Shown here: in pieces, positions 50,963 through 58,695 of the stretch
How positions within the stretch are numbered: position 1 is the stretch's first letter
Layout: every line of letters starts with the position of its first letter
DNA from: a virus
IMG/VR virus record: IMGVR_UViG_3300020731_000011
DNA: 64,000 bases
Direction: 5' to 3' (one strand)
Notes under the pieces: model-generated
Seen by the model: only the letters and a program-made list of their open reading frames with translations
Databases searched by the model: none
What the model was told of the DNA's origin: nothing
Made by a program: the position numbers and the translations under genes

Positions 50963-51667
50963 ATGACACCGTATAAATTAACTGACGAATCAATACAATT
51001 TAATGATAAACCACTCTACCGTATTGAACTAACTGAAGATTGTAAATGGGGCAAAGCTGGAACAAAAGGCGGCTTTATCGAGACGATAAATAACTTAACC
51101 GAAAATGCCTGGGTATCTGGTAATGCTCAGGTATTTGGTGATGCTAAAGTATCTGGTAATGCTCATGTATCTGGTAATGCTAAAGTATCTGGTAATGCTT
51201 GGGTATTTGGTAATGCTCAGGTATATGGTAATGCTAAAGTATCTGGTAATGCTTATGTATCTGGTAATACTTGGGTATCTGGTAATGCTAAAGTATCTGG
51301 TAATGCTCTGGTATTTGGTAATGCTCATGTATCTGGTGATGCTAAAGTATCTGGTAATGCTAAAGTATCTGGTGATGCTAAAGTATCTGGTAATGCTCAT
51401 GTATCTGGTAATGCTCATGTATCTGGTAATGCTCTGGTATATGGTAATGCTAAGGTTGAGAAGACATCAGATTATATGACAATATCATCTTTAGGAGAAA
51501 TAAGTAGGATAATCACCATCACATTCTCCAATAAAATGATATCGGCTGGCTGTTTTAGAGGCACACTCGAAGAACTTAAAGCCGCTGTTGATAAAAAATA
51601 TCAAGGCAGAGGTAATTATTACCCAACAATACAGTATATAGAAGCCCTGTTTAATTCAATAAATTAA
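50963..51667 (+). CDS. left-handed beta-helix (VSGNAx hexapeptide) phage protein
   Basis: YRIE...G.KGGFIE head domain, 19 hexapeptide units, C-terminal GCFRGT.EE. Confidence 0.85.
   Translation: MTPYKLTDESIQFNDKPLYRIELTEDCKWGKAGTKGGFIETINNLTENAWVSGNAQVFGDAKVSGNAHVSGNAKVSGNAWVFGNAQVYGNAKVSGNAYVSGNTWVSGNAKVSGNALVFGNAHVSGDAKVSGNAKVSGDAKVSGNAHVSGNAHVSGNALVYGNAKVEKTSDYMTISSLGEISRIITITFSNKMISAGCFRGTLEELKAAVDKKYQGRGNYYPTIQYIEALFNSIN
51113..51454 (+). repeat. 19 x 18-nt tandem repeat GTATCTGGTAATGCTnnn
   Basis: counted directly from the sequence. Confidence 0.9.
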
Positions 51668-51746
51668 GGGAAAAAATATCCTCTAAAAAGTTTTATTAAG
51701 TCAAAATAATCACTTACTTTTATAGTATAATAAATAACTAGAAGAT

Positions 51747-52288
51747 ATGACGCCAAAATTTAAAATCGGAGATAGTGTAAAGCTAGTAACAAAGCAAAGT
51801 AAATTTTATAATTATTCATTGGATTTTATAGATCTCGACTGCCTTCAACTTGGAGAAATCTATGAAGTGGACCATGTTAATAATAATGGCGTAGGTCAAT
51901 CTGATGATTTTATACTACTCAAAGGATATGATTATAATCATCCAGTAGATTGCTTTGAATTATATGAAGATTGGGTACCAAAGACTGGAGAACTGGTAGA
52001 AGTATCAAATAATAAAATAACTTGGCTGGAAAGAATATATCTCTACTCAACACCAAATAGAAATTTACACTGGACAGTGTAATAGAAGATGATGAATCAG
52101 ATTATAAAGCAAGTAAAGATCATAATACGTCTTATTGGAAGTATATACGACAACTTAAAGTTAAAGAGGTGCCTACCGCTGAAAAATTACTAGGTGATAT
52201 AAATAATGCATATCTCCATGCTATAGAAGGCAAATTCTCTATGAGCGACCTGGTGGCAAGTATTAAGCAGGTGCTAGCAGAGTACTAG
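51747..52288 (+). pseudogene. paralog of 53186..53701 with a frame break at ~52080
   Basis: MTPKFK.GD.VKLVTKQSKFY shared; after GTG-TAA the -1 frame continues VIEDDESDYK...WKYIRQLK, which matches WPYIRKPK in the paralog. Confidence 0.6.
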
Positions 52289-52432
52289 CGTTTTGCTGGG
52301 GGTGCACATTTACGTAGCTAGGACAATGTTAGCGCGGAGGGGTGCGCTATACTAAATTTACACACCCGGCAATTTTCCACCTACCCAATAAAAATATATA
52401 CAATGCATATAAAATCAATTTCTACAAACAAT

Positions 52433-52681
52433 ATGAAAAGCCTAATCTTAATCGCTTTAAGCACCATTTTAATAACTTCCTGTGGACCCGCGCTCGGTTT
52501 CGATGATGCTGCATGTGCCAAAAATGCAAGGGGTACATATCCGAGGTGTAGAATATATGTCATTCAACCTCACTATGAGTACTTAGTTGTGGACTCTGCA
52601 GGTAATGTTAAAAAACTTGTCTATGGCAGCACCTCAGAGGCTAAAATTACTAGCATTCAAGAATATGTTGAAATAAAATAA
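52433..52681 (+). CDS. lipoprotein
   Basis: MKSLILIALSTILITSC lipobox. Confidence 0.65.
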   Translation: MKSLILIALSTILITSCGPALGFDDAACAKNARGTYPRCRIYVIQPHYEYLVVDSAGNVKKLVYGSTSEAKITSIQEYVEIK

Positions 52682-52690
52682 TCAAACAAT

Positions 52691-52942
52691 ATGAAAAGAG
52701 CACTAATCGCGGTATGTATGATAATAAGCGCCGCCTCATGTAAATGAATGTCAGCCGACTATGAATCTCGTTCTACTGGAGTACGAAAAGTGTGTCCAAC
52801 TTGCACCTTTGTCACATCAGAAGGAGAATACTACGCACAAGACACCTCAAAGCGTCCAAACATCATCTACAAAGTTTACTTTAAAGGCGGAATGTTCTTC
52901 TACGATGCGAGTACTGTCGATCACCTGATAAGAATCAATTAG
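52691..52942 (+). pseudogene. lipoprotein with an in-frame TGA (52745-52747)
   Basis: MKRALIAVCMIISAASCK*MSADYESR...; same frame as track ORF 52748..52942. Confidence 0.55.
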
Positions 52943-53185
52943 TGGAGAGAGTGTGATTATTTTATACAATTCAAATTGATTTCACGGCTTTTGATCCAAA
53001 AGTCAAAAATTCAAATTTCCAAATTTAGAAAAAATTGAAAAGATCTACAAAAAATATATATGGTGATTGCTATTGATCCTAAATGTGTGATAAAAATATA
53101 TATATATACGTGTTGACTTTGGGAAAAAATTAAATTATTTAGAGGTTTTGTAGTACTTTTATATAAATAAAAAATCAAAAAAAAT

Positions 53186-53701
53186 ATGACACCAAAATTT
53201 AAAGTAGGAGACAAGGTAAAGCTAGTAACAAAGCAAAGTAAATTTTATAAAGACGGATCACTATATATCGATCATGATAATCTTCGACTTGGAGAAATCT
53301 ATCAAGTAAGTGGAATTTCTAATAATGGTAATCTTGATTGGGATAATATGTTTATAATCATTAAAGGGTATGTTTATGATCATCCAGTAGATTGCTTTGA
53401 ATTATATGAAGATTGGGCGCCACAAGAGGGAGATTTGGTAGAAGTATCAAATGATGGTATTAATTGGGATAATCGTATATTCCTATATTCAACTAAGAAT
53501 AAAGCTTCTTCACATATGTGTATTAGTAATGAATGGGAAGAAAGATATAAATCTGGTCAATTTATTAGTGGTTTTCACATAGCCACTTGGCCCTATATTC
53601 GTAAGCCCAAACAAATAAAAATTACCATTGAGGTAGATGGCCAAAATAAAACACCAAAAGATTTTACAGCTGCTCAATGGGTGGCATTTAGAAATAAATA
53701 A
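53186..53701 (+). CDS. hypothetical protein (KOW/SH3-like repeats)
   Basis: KFKVGDKVKL and EGDLVEVS motifs. Confidence 0.65.
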   Translation: MTPKFKVGDKVKLVTKQSKFYKDGSLYIDHDNLRLGEIYQVSGISNNGNLDWDNMFIIIKGYVYDHPVDCFELYEDWAPQEGDLVEVSNDGINWDNRIFLYSTKNKASSHMCISNEWEERYKSGQFISGFHIATWPYIRKPKQIKITIEVDGQNKTPKDFTAAQWVAFRNK

Positions 53702-53947
53702 TCTAGCAGATTAAAATTCTTTATAATCATTTACTTCTGCTTTGAAGTTGAATAGTAATGGCCTGATAAGTACAGGTAGGAATTTCCAACGGTGGAAATT
53801 ATCTGAGGCACTAATCCCGCTACCGTTTTAAAACATAACAGCATTACAGCTATTACAGTAGCGTTATTCAATGAAAGAGATACTAAACTCGTGGCCCCTG
53901 AGAGTCCATATAGCTAATTGCAAGCTTGGGGTTAGTGAATTAAAGCA

Positions 53948-53996
53948 ATAATATTCACAAGGACATTGTTAGTAGTCTCCACTGTAAAGGAGACAG
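53948..53996 (+). repeat. 49-nt exact repeat, second copy at 57336-57384
   Basis: ATAATATTCACAAGGACATTGTTAGTAGTCTCCACTGTAAAGGAGACAG; contains a GTCTCC/GGAGAC hairpin. Confidence 0.9.
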
Positions 53997-54081
53997 AAGT
54001 AAGATATTGGTTGTGAGTGACTGGCTGTGCTGAATCAAGCTCTATAGCAGTAAGTGGAACTCTCTTTTTAATTTAATTAAA

Positions 54082-54288
54082 ATGAAGGCATTACATATTT
54101 TAAGGAAGATCATATTTACTATATTGATCATATTTGCAGTACCATTAATCTCACTACTATTTGCAAATGATTTAGGATTGACTTTATTACAGATGTTTAA
54201 ATTCAGTCTTTTAGTAGAAATGATTATTTTTATTTTTATGCCATGGTGGAGCATTGGTCTTTTTGCCTTAATCATAATGATGCTATAG
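54082..54288 (+). CDS. membrane protein
   Basis: hydrophobic throughout. Confidence 0.5.
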   Translation: MKALHILRKIIFTILIIFAVPLISLLFANDLGLTLLQMFKFSLLVEMIIFIFMPWWSIGLFALIIMML

Positions 54289-54289
54289 T

Positions 54290-54775
54290 ATGAAAAAATC
54301 TATAATAAGATTAACTCCTCAAGAGGCAGATCAATATATATCTAAAACTGATGATGTATTGGATTATCCAGCTGCATATTTTACTATAACGCCATGTACT
54401 ATTCCAGGTATGGAAGACTGGGATGATGTCACATATTATACCTCTAGACGTAAATCATATTCTAATGATCTAGGCTCTGGAAGATATTGGATATATGTGC
54501 TGTCAAATCAATCTATGCCAAATCTGCTAAAAATAGGTTATACAAAACAAGATCCTAAAGACAGAGCTCAGCAAATATCATCTGCTACTGGCGTGGCTAC
54601 TCCTTTTATTGTAGAGTATATTTTCAGATGTAATGAGGGTGAATTTTTAGAAAGTGAAATACATAAATATCTAGATCAATACCGAGTTTCTAATAATAGA
54701 GAATTTTTCAATATTGATTTACCTACAGCAATAGAAGCTATTACAAGTTTAGGAAAAAAATATACTACTACTTAG
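54290..54775 (+). CDS. GIY-YIG T5orf172-domain protein
   Basis: WIYVLSN.SMP.LLKIGYT...R..Q.SSATGV.TPF, E..IH..L, REFF. Confidence 0.85.
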   Translation: MKKSIIRLTPQEADQYISKTDDVLDYPAAYFTITPCTIPGMEDWDDVTYYTSRRKSYSNDLGSGRYWIYVLSNQSMPNLLKIGYTKQDPKDRAQQISSATGVATPFIVEYIFRCNEGEFLESEIHKYLDQYRVSNNREFFNIDLPTAIEAITSLGKKYTTT

Positions 54776-54832
54776 AAATAAAATACTATAAGATCACTTT
54801 TTTTAATTACTTTTACACTGTAATAAATCGAT

Positions 54833-55033
54833 ATGATAAAGCAATATCCACTTAAAAAGATAGCAATATTTGTAATATTATTATCAATTATAATAGTACT
54901 ATGTAATATTTCTTTTTGGTTAATAAATAAAACAGGCATTCTTTATTTTTTATCTGGTATAATTTTACTTACATTATCAGTAGGTATTCCAATAGAATTA
55001 TTAATTCGTTATTTAAATAAAACTAAAAAATAA
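54833..55033 (+). CDS. membrane protein
   Basis: two hydrophobic helices; TACTTTTAC box upstream. Confidence 0.5.
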   Translation: MIKQYPLKKIAIFVILLSIIIVLCNISFWLINKTGILYFLSGIILLTLSVGIPIELLIRYLNKTKK

Positions 55034-55036
55034 AAT

Positions 55037-55252
55037 ATGTTTTTTGAAGTAAAAGTAGAATTTAGGACTATTGATCCTAATTCAGAAAAAGTAAGAAAAG
55101 AGACAGTGAAATATCTAGTCGATGCGGAATCAGTAACAGAGAGTGAAGCTAGAGTCCATGCGCATTTTGAATCCCTATATATTAAGGATTTTGAAGTAAA
55201 ATCAAGTATGGCAAGCAAACTCGTAGATGTAATCTATCCACTTAAAAAGTAA
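55037..55252 (+). CDS. DUF4494-like protein
   Basis: FFEVKV...KV.KE...YLVDAES.TE.EAR. Confidence 0.7.
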   Translation: MFFEVKVEFRTIDPNSEKVRKETVKYLVDAESVTESEARVHAHFESLYIKDFEVKSSMASKLVDVIYPLKK

Positions 55253-55255
55253 AAA

Positions 55256-55669
55256 ATGAAAGAACAATTTGTGCCACTATCAATAGCAGAAGTACTAAAG
55301 CAAAGAGGTTTTGATGAACCTTGTATGGCCTACGTTTATACTGGAGATACTGGTAATAATGTAGATCGGTATATATATGGATCTAGTACTCCTGAAGGCA
55401 AAATTAAGTGTGATGACTGGAATAAGTACGATATGTCCTACTCATTACCCTTGTGGCAGCAAGTCATAGACTGGTTTAGGAAGAAGTATAATATTATAAT
55501 TGAAGTGCAGTTTTTAGGTGGGTTAACTAAAGAAACAGCTCAATATATTTTTACTGTGTGGGTTGGAGAAGAGTATGGCATAGAAAATGACGATTCAACC
55601 CAAGACTGGTCTAATAATTATGAAGAAGTAAGACAAAAAGCAATTGAACACGCATTATCACTTATATAA
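55256..55669 (+). CDS. hypothetical phage protein
   Basis: FVP..IA..LK..GFDEPC, PLWQQV.DWFR. Confidence 0.65.
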   Translation: MKEQFVPLSIAEVLKQRGFDEPCMAYVYTGDTGNNVDRYIYGSSTPEGKIKCDDWNKYDMSYSLPLWQQVIDWFRKKYNIIIEVQFLGGLTKETAQYIFTVWVGEEYGIENDDSTQDWSNNYEEVRQKAIEHALSLI

Positions 55670-55864
55670 TATGAAAATAAAATGTATTGTCATTGGTGAG
55701 GATAACCAAGAAAAAAAGGAAAAGAAACCTATTAAATTTTTTAGAGAAGTAATATTGGATTTTACTCCACGTTATGATTTCCCCTAAATACAAGATTTAA
55801 TATGCTAATACTAAAATAAAAATTAAAATCTATTTTTTATTCAAAAGTATGATATTTATAGAAA

Positions 55865-56061
55865 ATGACACAAGGTAATATACATATCAATAATTGGCAA
55901 TTAGGACGCGTACCGACGACCTCACTAGGCTCTTGTTATATTACACTCAATAATATGCAAGATAAATCTAGATACAGCCCAGGGCAATATAATATGGATA
56001 AATAAATTTACTCAATTATATTTTAAAAGCCCTGGGAAATACAAACTCTCAGGGCTTTTTT
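55865..56061 (+). promoter_or_regulatory. leader ORF (55865-56005) plus intrinsic terminator (56025-56061) with an alternative antiterminator pairing
   Basis: terminator AAAAGCCCTGGGA/TCTCAGGGCTTTTTT; leader CCCAGGGC (55978-55985) is the exact complement of GCCCTGGG (56029-56036). Confidence 0.6.
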
Positions 56062-56145
56062 AATTTAAATAATAAAAAAATAAAAATACTTAAAAAAGCT
56101 TTAAAATATCAAAAATTAATTTTACTTTTATAATATCAATAGGAA

Positions 56146-56391
56146 ATGAAGCAGAAAGATATATTGATGGTATTCATAGACAGGATGAAACGACTTGGGA
56201 TAGAAGTAAAACTTGCAGGTAACTTTCCTTGGATATATGTCGATAGCGTGAATGGTAACAGGATAAAAAAGGAAGATTATTTTTGTGGCAATCATGGATT
56301 TACAATAGCGTTCATTCCCATAAAGCCAGGACAAGAATTAAAATTCACAGATATAAGAGAACTTTTTAAACTCATAAGAAAATATAGATAA
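56146..56391 (+). CDS. hypothetical protein
   Basis: GNFPWIY.D.VNG motif; upstream TACTTTTA box. Confidence 0.6.
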   Translation: MKQKDILMVFIDRMKRLGIEVKLAGNFPWIYVDSVNGNRIKKEDYFCGNHGFTIAFIPIKPGQELKFTDIRELFKLIRKYR

Positions 56392-56399
56392 TATAAATT

Positions 56400-56475
56400 G
56401 CGTGCGTAGCTCAAATGGCTAGAGTATTGGTCTCCAAAACCAAAGATGAGGGTTCGAATCCCTACGTGCGTGCCA
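56400..56475 (+). tRNA. trnW: tRNA-Trp(CCA)
   Basis: cloverleaf, loop CTCCAAA, encoded CCA end. Confidence 0.9.
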
Positions 56476-56479
56476 AAAT

Positions 56480-56552
56480 GCTCTTATAGTTCAATGGAGT
56501 AGAATACTAGACTACGGATCTAGAGATAAGTGTTCGAATCACTTTGAGAGTA
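56480..56552 (+). tRNA. trnR: tRNA-Arg(ACG)
   Basis: CTAGA-CTACGGA-TCTAG. Confidence 0.88.
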
Positions 56553-56586
56553 CAATTAGTTCTTTGACATATTGGAAAGTAAATAT

Positions 56587-56659
56587 CTAGATGTGGCCGA
56601 GTTGGTGAGGCACTTGCTTTGGGAGCAAGACTAGGAAGGATCGTCACCTTTCATCTAGA
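56587..56659 (+). tRNA. trnP: tRNA-Pro(TGG), atypical T-loop
   Basis: CTTGC-TTTGGGA-GCAAG; T-loop ATCGTCA. Confidence 0.8.
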
Positions 56660-56741
56660 CAGACGCATTGAGGTTAAAAACTCACACTAAAACTATTCTT
56701 GGCGGTGGTAGTTGTGGCGGGCGTTAGTTAACCGTCCCTAT

Positions 56742-56813
56742 AGTCCCATAGCTCAATGGAAGAGCGCTTGCCTTACATGCAAGAGGTTGTGATATCGTAA
56801 TTCACATGGACTA
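56742..56813 (+). tRNA. trnV: tRNA-Val(TAC), imperfect acceptor and T arms
   Basis: CTTGC-CTTACAT-GCAAG. Confidence 0.65.
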
Positions 56814-56894
56814 CGTAGGGTTTGTTGGTTGGCGTAGACATTGTAAACCATCTAAGAGGAAATTGTAGTGCACTTATCAAAAGCACTTCTGAAT

Positions 56895-56968
56895 GTAGAA
56901 TTAGTATAGCGGTAGTACACTAGCCTTCCAAGCCTGTGGCGTCAGTTCGATTCTGACATTCTACTCCA
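56895..56968 (+). tRNA. trnG: tRNA-Gly(TCC)
   Basis: loop CTTCCAA; GTAGAAT/ATTCTAC acceptor; encoded CCA. Confidence 0.85.
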
Positions 56969-57018
56969 ATAGAGTTTTTACCCGTGCACGGTTCTCTTAT
57001 AAAAAACCGAGGACACCT

Positions 57019-57090
57019 AGTCACTTAGTATAAAGGCTAACACGTCGGGTTTTGGTCCCGAAGATAGTGGTTCGATTCCATTAGCGACTA
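57019..57090 (+). tRNA. trnQ: tRNA-Gln(TTG)
   Basis: TCGGG-TTTTGGT-CCCGA. Confidence 0.85.
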
Positions 57091-57262
57091 CAATAACTAT
57101 AAGCCTTTAGAGACCGAGAGGTTAGGATCCCAAAAGGTTAAAGATGACGTCCGATAGGTAATAGTTATTTTGAAAGGGTGAAGCGTAATTGGTATCGCCC
57201 GATTTACAACCTGAATTAGTATGTAGATTCTAAGAGCTTGTGACAGTTGCTACATACATATT

Positions 57263-57334
57263 GCACCTTTAGCTCAGCGGTAGAGCAACACACTCATAAT
57301 GTGGAGGTCATGGGTTCAATCCCCTTAGGGTGCA
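57263..57334 (+). tRNA. tRNA with CAT anticodon (elongator Met or Ile2)
   Basis: loop CTCATAA; GCACCTT/AGGGTGC acceptor. Confidence 0.8.
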
Positions 57335-57396
57335 CATAATATTCACAAGGACATTGTTAGTAGTCTCCACTGTAAAGGAGACAGTAAAATAATTTT

Positions 57397-57480
57397 GGAG
57401 AGGTAATTTAGCTGGCGCTAGATCCAGTCTTGAAAACTGCGAGTACCTTCGGGTATGGGGATCGATACCTCACTTCTCCG
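57397..57480 (+). tRNA. trnS: tRNA-Ser(TGA)
   Basis: loop CTTGAAA; long variable arm TACC-TTCG-GGTA; G73. Confidence 0.85.
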
Positions 57481-57488
57481 CTTAATAT

Positions 57489-57559
57489 GGTGACTGTAGT
57501 GTAATGGTAGCACACCTGCTTGTGAAGCAGTCAGATAGGGATCGTTACCCGCTGTCACA
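57489..57559 (+). tRNA. trnH: tRNA-His(GTG)
   Basis: CTGC-TTGTGAA-GCAG; encoded G-1. Confidence 0.8.
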
Positions 57560-57563
57560 CATT

Positions 57564-57650
57564 GGAAAGTAAAGCAATGAGGTTTGTTGTCACCGCCTGC
57601 TAAGCGAGTGGATCATTAATTTGGTTGTGTTTCGATTACACTGCTTTCCG
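57564..57650 (+). tRNA. trnS: tRNA-Ser(GCT)
   Basis: loop CTGCTAA; long variable arm; G73. Confidence 0.8.
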
Positions 57651-57658
57651 CACAAATT

Positions 57659-57731
57659 GGAAATATAGTAGAATGGTTTAGCACAAATGACTGATACTCA
57701 TTTAATTCAGGTTCGAATCCTGGTATTTCCA
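57659..57731 (+). tRNA. trnI: tRNA-Ile(GAT)
   Basis: AATGA-CTGATAC-TCATT. Confidence 0.88.
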
Positions 57732-57742
57732 CACAAAATTAC

Positions 57743-57827
57743 GGGTAGGTTGCTTTAGAGGCCGAAAAGTCTGGACTGTTAATCCAGTGTCGCAAGACCA
57801 TCACAGGTTCGAATCCTGTCCTACCCG
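57743..57827 (+). tRNA. tRNA with Asn anticodon (GTT) on a long-variable-arm body
   Basis: CTGGA-CTGTTAA-TCCAG; variable arm GTC-GCAA-GAC; GGGTAGG/CCTACCC acceptor; G73. Confidence 0.8.
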
Positions 57828-57876
57828 CACAGTTAACTACTTTTCAATTGAGCTATATTTATAATAAAATACAAAT

Positions 57877-58560
57877 ATGTATAGATGTGAAAAATGCAAT
57901 AAAGACTTTGAAAAAAGAAAAGCGTATATAGGACACTGTTCTTCTCACAATAGAGGAGAATCTTATAAATTAGGTAGAGAAAAAACTGGTATTAGGAAAT
58001 TAAGATTAGAAAAACAGAAGCTTTTATATAGCGTATGCAAATACTGCTTTAATGATTTTGACAAAAATAAAATAGGGGCTCATACTACTAATTGTGAATT
58101 GAATCCCTTTAGATTAGATAGATTAGCTAAAATTAAAAAAAGTTCTATTGGTAAAAAGCATTCAAAAGAGACTATAGAAAAATTATCTATATCTATGAAA
58201 AAAGCTCATAAAGAAGGTAGAGCTTGGAATATTGGAAAAAGTAGATGGAATAACGAAAAATCATATCCAGAAAAATTCTTTTCTCGAGTTATAGAAAATG
58301 AATTTATTAATAAAGAATATAAGTCTGAATATCCAATTGGAATATATTCGCTTGATTTTGCTTGGCCTAAATTAAAAAAAGCTATAGAAATAGACGGTGA
58401 ACAACATCAAAGATATGAAGAATATAGACAACGAGATATTAGAAAAGATGAATATTGTGAAAAATTAGGATGGATTATTTTAAGATTAAAGTGGACTGAT
58501 ATGTCTAATAATACTAAAGAAAAAATAAAAGATGCAAGAAATTTTATAGATAAAACTTAG
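57877..58560 (+). mobile_element. Vsr-like (DUF559/EDxHD) homing endonuclease inside the tRNA array
   Basis: N-terminal C2H2-like zinc motifs, GKKHSKETIEKLS (NUMOD3), YSLDFA...IEIDGEQH...RD..KD. Confidence 0.8.
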
Positions 58561-58695
58561 AAGATATACTAATAAATAATCAAAATCTTTTAGTACTTTT
58601 ATAGTATAATACTCAAATAAAAATGATAGGCGAAAAAGGGGCTGATAACAACAAGAAAGATGTTGATAACCTACTATCATTTTTTAAAATTATAT

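Larger units (their letters stand above)
42060..51749. promoter_or_regulatory. array of about 20 related promoter cassettes, one ahead of nearly every short gene
   Basis: core TACTTTTAC(A/T)...ACTAAACAACTAAAAGATATG; + copies near 42060, 43030, 43360, 43683, 43985, 44598, 45090, 45670, 45850, 46338, 46708, 47045, 48565, 49615, 49895, 50885, 51670; - copies near 42430, 42600, 42990; resembles the Bacteroidota -7 box TAnnTTTG. Confidence 0.85.

Noticed and set aside
51095-51479. Track ORFs 51095..51418 (-) and 51105..51479 (+)
   Set aside because: Alternative frames of the 18-bp tandem repeat; artefacts.
43030-51749. CRISPR array or true integron reading of the repeated cassettes
   Set aside because: The intervals are whole genes of variable length, the repeats are degenerate promoter/leader sequences, and no cas or integrase gene is in the window.
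53755-53885. SAM-I or FMN riboswitch resemblance (GGCACTAATCCCGC; GGAATTTCCAACGGTGG)
   Set aside because: Only fragments match; the AUC.AGAG/GAGGGA core (S-box) and the AGUC.GGAUG core (FMN) are absent.
57176-57213. tRNA-like fragment GGGTGAAGCGTAATTGGTATCGC
   Set aside because: Only a D-arm-like piece, with no anticodon arm, T-arm or acceptor partner; probably a decayed tRNA.
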